A stretch of 64,000 bases of DNA. Origin: Nitrospirota bacterium (GTDB taxonomy: Bacteria; Nitrospirota; UBA9217). Position 1 is the stretch's first letter. Every line of letters starts with the position of its first letter. Below, piece after piece: positions 59,045 to 64,000 of the stretch. The translations under genes were made by a program, and so were the position numbers. The DNA lies in the NCBI GenBank assembly GCA_963790205.1, contig CAWBNQ010000011.1:134066-198065 (forward strand), read 5' to 3'. A model generated the notes under the pieces. That model saw only the letters and a program-made list of their open reading frames with translations, was not told where the DNA came from and made no database searches.

Positions 59045-59270
59045 GGAAGCATCTTTTGGCCACTCTGAAAGGGAAGCATCCGTTTGCCAATAGTGCAATT
59101 CGGGATTCACAAAGCTGTAAAATCAGCGACTTGTAAAAAAATGTAGTCTATATTTGCAGCGAGGGGAAGCATCTTTTGGCCAATAGTCTTAGCAATGCTT
59201 TTAGCGCTTTTTGTTCAAAAGAACCCATTCTTTGGCCAATCGTGTAAAAAGGAACCAACAGCTTGCCAAT
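59045..59270 (+). repeat. Five degenerate 20-bp direct repeats at an island boundary
   Basis: GGAAGCATCTTTTGGCCACT (59045), GGAAGCATCCGTTTGCCAAT (59072), GGAAGCATCTTTTGGCCAAT (59165), GAACCCATTCTTTGGCCAAT (59221), GGAACCAACAGCTTGCCAAT (59251). Confidence 0.75.
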
Positions 59271-59342
59271 CATACACTACTTCGTTAATACAAGTTCATC
59301 GCAAAAAAAGAATTCTTGCGTCTGTTCACGCGCAGGCATTTT

Positions 59343-60170
59343 TTATGCGCACGCAAGCTTTCTCTCAATTTTCATATTGGGCAGATCAATCTCAACATAC
59401 ACTAAGTCGTTATAGGACTGCCCTGGCTGAACACATATAGTATTCCCTATATGTGCTTGCCATAGGCCGGATACCTCGGGAGATTCATGGATGTGTCCAT
59501 GCAGTGCAAGCTTAGGTTGCCGCTCGGCTAAGAATGTATATATAGCCTCGGATCCGACCTTTTTGCCATTATAGCATACATCTAAACCGATCCTTGAAGG
59601 CGGCATATGAATAATATAAACAGATTTACATGCATCAGCAGGGATGGGCAGGCGCTTGACCTTTTCGTCAACCGTAGGGAGAGTCTTTATATAGCTTGAC
59701 CAGTCTGATATTTTTTGCCACCCGTTTGCATTAGAAATAAGCGCGGTTCCGTATTGCTGGCCTATGACGTAACCTGAAGTATCTCGAAGGCACCGATCTT
59801 TCAGTCGGAAGGGATAATCGACAACGTAATTCATTCCAATAAATTCAAATTCTCCGATCTCATACTTCTTCTGGGCAAGATTGATTATGTGAGGAAACTG
59901 CCGACAGGTATTGTCAAATAGCTCATCAAATATTTTAAGATCGTCATTGCCCAAATAACAGAGAAAAAAGATGCCCTCCCGGCCCAATCGATCAAAATAC
60001 TTTGAAAGATAATCAGTTATAAAATTTCCTTGTTTGAATAGATCGCCGCTTTTAGGCAGCATATCTCCGCCATTAATAACCACGTCAGCCCTAGTGCGCT
60101 TTGCGAGGTCAAAAAGGCGGTCATATTTCCATACAACTCCATGTAGGTCAGTTACATATAATAGTTTCAT
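59343..60170 (-). CDS. Calcineurin-like metallophosphoesterase
   Basis: TDLHG, GGD, GNDD, HMPP, HGHIHE; AT-rich. Confidence 0.88.
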   Translation of the reverse strand: MKLLYVTDLHGVVWKYDRLFDLAKRTRADVVINGGDMLPKSGDLFKQGNFITDYLSKYFDRLGREGIFFLCYLGNDDLKIFDELFDNTCRQFPHIINLAQKKYEIGEFEFIGMNYVVDYPFRLKDRCLRDTSGYVIGQQYGTALISNANGWQKISDWSSYIKTLPTVDEKVKRLPIPADACKSVYIIHMPPSRIGLDVCYNGKKVGSEAIYTFLAERQPKLALHGHIHESPEVSGLWQAHIGNTICVQPGQSYNDLVYVEIDLPNMKIERKLACA

Positions 60171-60314
60171 TGGGTTCGTCACGGGCAAGTTACTGATCAC
60201 TCCCAAGCCTGCCAAAAGTGCAGAATACAGTAGAGGCCTTCTAATGGTCCAACTCTATTAGAACGCAAAGCTGATGAGTGTGCGGCCTTACGCTGTGGCC
60301 CTCTTGAGAGGTAG

Positions 60315-60892
60315 CTAGACCTTTTGCACGCGGTTAAAATTCCGCTTTATTAAATCCAATAAAAATTTTTTAAAATGTTCGTATAGCCTTATAAATAGTC
60401 TACGCGAACTTATTTCCGCTTTTCTTCTTTGCTCGGCTGCCAGATGCCGACCTGTGACTATCCATCCTGCTTTATCTCCCAGAGCAGCAATTGGTGGATA
60501 TAGGCACCCGGTATTGCATTTCCCTCCACGAGCAACATCCATAGTTCCGGTTACAAAATGATAATTTTGTTCTCCTGAGTTCGATATGCCTAAAGGATTT
60601 ATAACCATTGATAGCATCTGTAAAACTTGCAATGAAGCGAGATTTTGACTGAAAGGGAAGACATTCTCATTTCTCTTCAAAATATGATCATCTGAAAGGC
60701 CTTTTATATATGATGGATCATCGAGGTGCCCTTCGCGTTCCATCTGTACAAGGCCCGGGTCATATTGTTCAAGACATTCAAGGCATTTTCTTGTTGGATA
60801 AGCTACGTGTGCTTTCCAGTCAGCACTCTGCAAATCACCATTTTTTTTCTTTTGTATCAAAATACCGCCATCGATTACGGGTATGAGATGGG
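60315..60892 (-). pseudogene. ThiF/E1-like adenylyltransferase, C-terminal part, interrupted by a mobile element
   Basis: The frame reads HLIPVIDGGILI...CLECLEQYDP...DDPSYI...NENVFPFS right up to the element end at 60893. Confidence 0.65.
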
Positions 60893-60975
60893 TGTCCTAG
60901 CGACCAGTTTATGATAACAAGGATTTGAGGAAATAGGGTGACACTCCAAAGTTAGGTTTTGAAAGGAGTGTCATC

Positions 60976-62523
60976 ATGAAACCAGAAAAGAGTATACAGC
61001 AAGTAGGCAGGAAAAGGAAGTTCCCGAAACGAAGCAAGCGGTATGGACCGGATTTCAAGCTTCAAGTCGTCAAAAAGTTTGTTGAAGAAAGCGTCCCTGC
61101 TTCGGTGATTCGGCAGGAATGCGGATTGAGCAGTGGGACGGTCGGGCGCTGGGTGCGCGACTATCGTCGTCATGGCGAAGCGGGGCTCGCAACGCATTAC
61201 AGAGGTAAGGGGCGCAGTCTTCCTTCTCCGGTAAGGCAGAAGATCGTCGAGGTAAAAGAAGCCAACCCGCTCTTCGGCATCAAGCGCATTTCACAGGTTT
61301 TAAAGAGGGCGTTTTTTCTTTCCGCCAGCCCTGAAACAGTCCGCAAGACCCTTCACGATTCATCCCTCATCAAGTCCCCGCCTAAGAAGCGTCAGCGTAA
61401 TATCACCCGTCCCCGTTTTTTCGAACGATCAACGCCGAACCAGCTGTGGCAAACGGACATCTTCACGTTCCGTCTTGGCGGCCACTATGCGTACCTGATC
61501 GGCTACATCGATGATTACTCCCGCTACATCACGGGGCTCGAGCTTTTCCGCACTCAGACGGGCCAGAACGTTATCGAGGTATACCGCCGGGCGTCCTCCG
61601 AGTACAACCCGCCGAAAGAGATGCTCACGGATAACGGGCGGCAGTATACGAGCTGGCGCGGGCACAGCCGTTTTGAGCTGGAGCTCAAGAAAGACAAGAT
61701 CCACCACATCAAATCCCAACCACACCACCCTATGACCCTGGGCAAAATCGAACGGTTCTGGAAGACGATCTACCTGGAGTTTCTTGTCAGAGCGCAGTTC
61801 GATAGCTTCGAGGACGCCGCCGAGCGGATACGGCAGTGGGTGAAGTATTACAACCACAAACGACCGCACCAGGGGATCGGCGGCCTGTGTCCCGCGGACC
61901 GGTATTTTGAGATCCAGAGCGAGCTCAGGAAGACGATCGAGCATGGCATCCAGGAGAATCTCCTCGAGATGGCGCTCCGCGGGAAGCCCAAGCTGCCGTT
62001 CTACATGGTGGGCCGCATGGAGGGGCAGTCGGTAGTGCTGCGGGCGGAAAAGGGCAAGCTGCGTCTATCGGTTGACGATGAAGAGGATGACACCACGCAG
62101 GAAGTAGTCTACAATCTAAACGAAGAAGGGGCCGGCCATGGAAAAAACGGAGAAGATAAAAAGCGAGAAGAAGCGGCAGATGACAAACCACGGGGCGATG
62201 GAGAAATGCCGGGCGGTTCTCTCAATATGGACGGAGCGGCGGAGGCCGGCGGAAGTATGCCGGGAGATGGGGATACCGTGGATGGTGCTCTCCCAGTGGC
62301 AGAAACGGGCGATGGAGGGAATGCTCCAGGCTCTGGAACCCCGGGTGATCCTGGACAAGGGGCCGGCGCTCAGCCCGCGGCTGCAGACGATGCTGGAGAA
62401 AAAGCGCCTGATGCTCCCGGTACAGAACAGGCTGGAAAAGACGCTGTCGAAGGCGCAGGAAGCAAGGAAACCGGAGAAGCTAAAGGACCTGAAGCCCGAA
62501 AGCTCCCCCCTGCGCAAGGCTGA
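60976..62523 (+). CDS. IS481-like DDE transposase with a low-complexity C-terminal tail
   Basis: N-terminal HTH; WQTD, IDDYSR, TDNG, GKIERF, YNHKRPHQG. Confidence 0.9.
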   Translation: MKPEKSIQQVGRKRKFPKRSKRYGPDFKLQVVKKFVEESVPASVIRQECGLSSGTVGRWVRDYRRHGEAGLATHYRGKGRSLPSPVRQKIVEVKEANPLFGIKRISQVLKRAFFLSASPETVRKTLHDSSLIKSPPKKRQRNITRPRFFERSTPNQLWQTDIFTFRLGGHYAYLIGYIDDYSRYITGLELFRTQTGQNVIEVYRRASSEYNPPKEMLTDNGRQYTSWRGHSRFELELKKDKIHHIKSQPHHPMTLGKIERFWKTIYLEFLVRAQFDSFEDAAERIRQWVKYYNHKRPHQGIGGLCPADRYFEIQSELRKTIEHGIQENLLEMALRGKPKLPFYMVGRMEGQSVVLRAEKGKLRLSVDDEEDDTTQEVVYNLNEEGAGHGKNGEDKKREEAADDKPRGDGEMPGGSLNMDGAAEAGGSMPGDGDTVDGALPVAETGDGGNAPGSGTPGDPGQGAGAQPAAADDAGEKAPDAPGTEQAGKDAVEGAGSKETGEAKGPEARKLPPAQG

Positions 62524-62533
62524 GACCCCATAA
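62138..62533 (+). CDS. Small HTH protein overprinted on the transposase 3' end
   Basis: KCRAVLSIWTERRRPAEVCREMGIPWMVLSQWQKRAMEGMLQAL; purine-rich upstream; resembles the next ORF. Confidence 0.7.
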   Translation: MEKTEKIKSEKKRQMTNHGAMEKCRAVLSIWTERRRPAEVCREMGIPWMVLSQWQKRAMEGMLQALEPRVILDKGPALSPRLQTMLEKKRLMLPVQNRLEKTLSKAQEARKPEKLKDLKPESSPLRKAETP

Positions 62534-62550
62534 CGGAAAGGTCGGTGTGC

Positions 62551-62931
62551 ATGAGCGACTCAGAAGACAAGGAGCTTGCCCGAAAGCGGACTGCGGTGGT
62601 GTTTGCAGTGCGCAGCGGCCAGATCACGGCCGAGGAAGGCGCACGGAGGCTCGGCGTGTCGCGGAAGACCTACTACGAGTGGGAGCGCCGGGCATTACAG
62701 GCGATGACCGAGGCCATGGAGGATAAATCCCCTGGAAGGCCGAGTATACCGCAGGACGAGGAGAAACAGCGTTTACAGGAGCAAATCGCTGAGCTCCAGA
62801 ACAAGCTCTTTGTCGCTAAGAAAACGGTAGAAGTGCGGGACATGCTGCACGCGTATGAACTCCACAATGCCCGTGTGAAAAAAAGAGCTGACGAGTCGGA
62901 GGAAAAAAAACGAAAGCGAAGGAAGAAATGA
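62551..62931 (+). CDS. HTH / coiled-coil protein (IS OrfA-like)
   Basis: TAEEGARRLGVSRKTYYEWERRAL...PGRP, then a coiled coil. Confidence 0.85.
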   Translation: MSDSEDKELARKRTAVVFAVRSGQITAEEGARRLGVSRKTYYEWERRALQAMTEAMEDKSPGRPSIPQDEEKQRLQEQIAELQNKLFVAKKTVEVRDMLHAYELHNARVKKRADESEEKKRKRRKK

Positions 62932-63971
62932 TAACCAGTATGCTTGCCGTTGTTGACCGGATGAGAGAGAAAACCGGTATGCACTACCAGGAGATCTGCA
63001 GTGCCGTGAGGCTCCCCTACCCGAGCTTTATCCGTTGGCGTCTGCGACAGAAGAACGCCACGCCCCTCGTGCGGCAACCGGGTCCTCCCAAGGTCAAGCC
63101 TCCGGATCTTGAGGGGATTACAGGGGATATCGCAAAGCTGTCTCACGGGCAGAGCCGCACGCAGGGCACGGGCGCATTATACGGGAGCCACGCGTCCTCT
63201 GTGTCACGGCGAGACCTGCAGAGCATGGTCGCTATGGCGAGGCATGACCTCAATACACTCCATCGTCAGAATCTGCGGCGGATCAGCTGGAACGTGCCAA
63301 ACGTCGCGTGGTCAATGGACCCCTGTGAATACAAACATCGTGACACAGACGGTGGCAAGGTGTACCTGAACCATATGCAGGACCTCGCGTCTCGCTACAA
63401 GTTCACTCCTATGACGGGAGATGTGCCCTGCGGCGAAGAGATATCCGGCTATCTCGCAGCGACCTTCGATCGCTTCGGTGCGCCTCTGTTCCTCAAGCGC
63501 GACAATGGCGCGAACCTGAATCATGCAGCGGTCAATGCTGTGCTCGCCGACTACTTCGTCCTGCCGTTGAACAGTCCAGTCCATTATCCGCCCTACAACG
63601 GCGCGATCGAAGAGGCACAAACCGAGCTGAAGAACGGGCTTGCTGCAAAACTCTTGTATAAGTCCAGTTGTCCGCGCGAGCACATGGAGGCATATGCATC
63701 GACGGTTGAACATGACCTTAACCACCAACCCCGTCCGTGCCTGCATGGCGGCAACGCCTGCCAAGTGTACTTCACGAACAAAAAAACGTTTACCAAATGG
63801 GAAAGGAGCGCTGCCTATGACTGGATGACAAACTTGCAAGGTGATATACTATGCAGTGATGGTAGTGTTCAGTCGCAAGCAGCCTGGCGGATCGCCGTCG
63901 AGGCCTGGCTGAGGATGAAAGGGTTTATTACCGTTACGATCAACGGAAAAGTGTCACCCAATTTTCTCTAG
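62928..63971 (+). CDS. Second integrase-core (DDE) protein
   Basis: WSMD, QDLASRY, KRDNG, PPYNGAIEE, LNHQPRPCL; ATGA-coupled to the HTH ORF. Confidence 0.85.
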   Translation: MITSMLAVVDRMREKTGMHYQEICSAVRLPYPSFIRWRLRQKNATPLVRQPGPPKVKPPDLEGITGDIAKLSHGQSRTQGTGALYGSHASSVSRRDLQSMVAMARHDLNTLHRQNLRRISWNVPNVAWSMDPCEYKHRDTDGGKVYLNHMQDLASRYKFTPMTGDVPCGEEISGYLAATFDRFGAPLFLKRDNGANLNHAAVNAVLADYFVLPLNSPVHYPPYNGAIEEAQTELKNGLAAKLLYKSSCPREHMEAYASTVEHDLNHQPRPCLHGGNACQVYFTNKKTFTKWERSAAYDWMTNLQGDILCSDGSVQSQAAWRIAVEAWLRMKGFITVTINGKVSPNFL

Positions 63972-64000
63972 GATTTTTATCATAAACTGCTAGCGTGCAC

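Larger units (their letters stand above)
60893..64000 (+). mobile_element. ~3.1 kb IS481-related element with two DDE integrases and two HTH ORFs
   Basis: Left end TGTCCTAGCGACCAGTTTATGATAA...GGGTGACACT. Right end (reverse complement) (T)GTGCACGCTAGCAGTTTATGATAA...GGGTGACACT. The terminal base falls just past the window. Confidence 0.85.

Noticed and set aside
59045..59091. sigma54 promoters on the minus strand within the repeats (TGGC...TGC)
   Set aside because: Spacing is GG-N9-GC, not the required N10.
59045..59270. CRISPR array
   Set aside because: Repeats are degenerate with irregular gaps (7-73 nt), and no cas genes are present in the window.

Overview
A mostly GC-rich chromosomal window from an anaerobic or microaerobic Gram-negative bacterium; gene content suggests Nitrospirota or Desulfobacterota (inference only). 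The housekeeping backbone includes the hflX 5' end, an LPS heptosyltransferase, livMGF, truA, rpmB, recG, pilD with a sensor kinase and sigma54 regulator, ligA, nfo, an mltD-like gene, queE, NFACT/RqcH and Ppx/GppA. Accessory modules: (1) a sigma54-linked heptahaem cytochrome c + cytochrome b pair, convergent with an operon for a Cys/His-rich, CxxCH-bearing beta-propeller plus NosL, DUF4418-like, TPR and ABC genes, with no nosZ in the window; (2) a TetR-controlled efflux operon with one TolC and three pump types (RND, MacAB-type, EmrAB-type); (3) a ~7 kb defence island (35.0-42.3 kb) with a split mrr, an MNT-HEPN pair, a Schlafen/AlbA_2-NB-ARC-TPR NLR-like protein, a BsuBI/PstI-type R-M pair and an intact but apparently catalytically dead PaeR7I/XhoI homologue; (4) an AT-rich island edge with five 20-bp direct repeats, a metallophosphoesterase and a ThiF/E1-like gene cut by a ~3.1 kb TGT-ended element that encodes two DDE integrases and two HTH proteins, one overprinted on the transposase. 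Several conserved genes carry small indels that are probably assembly errors. All family assignments come from motif recognition, not database searches.
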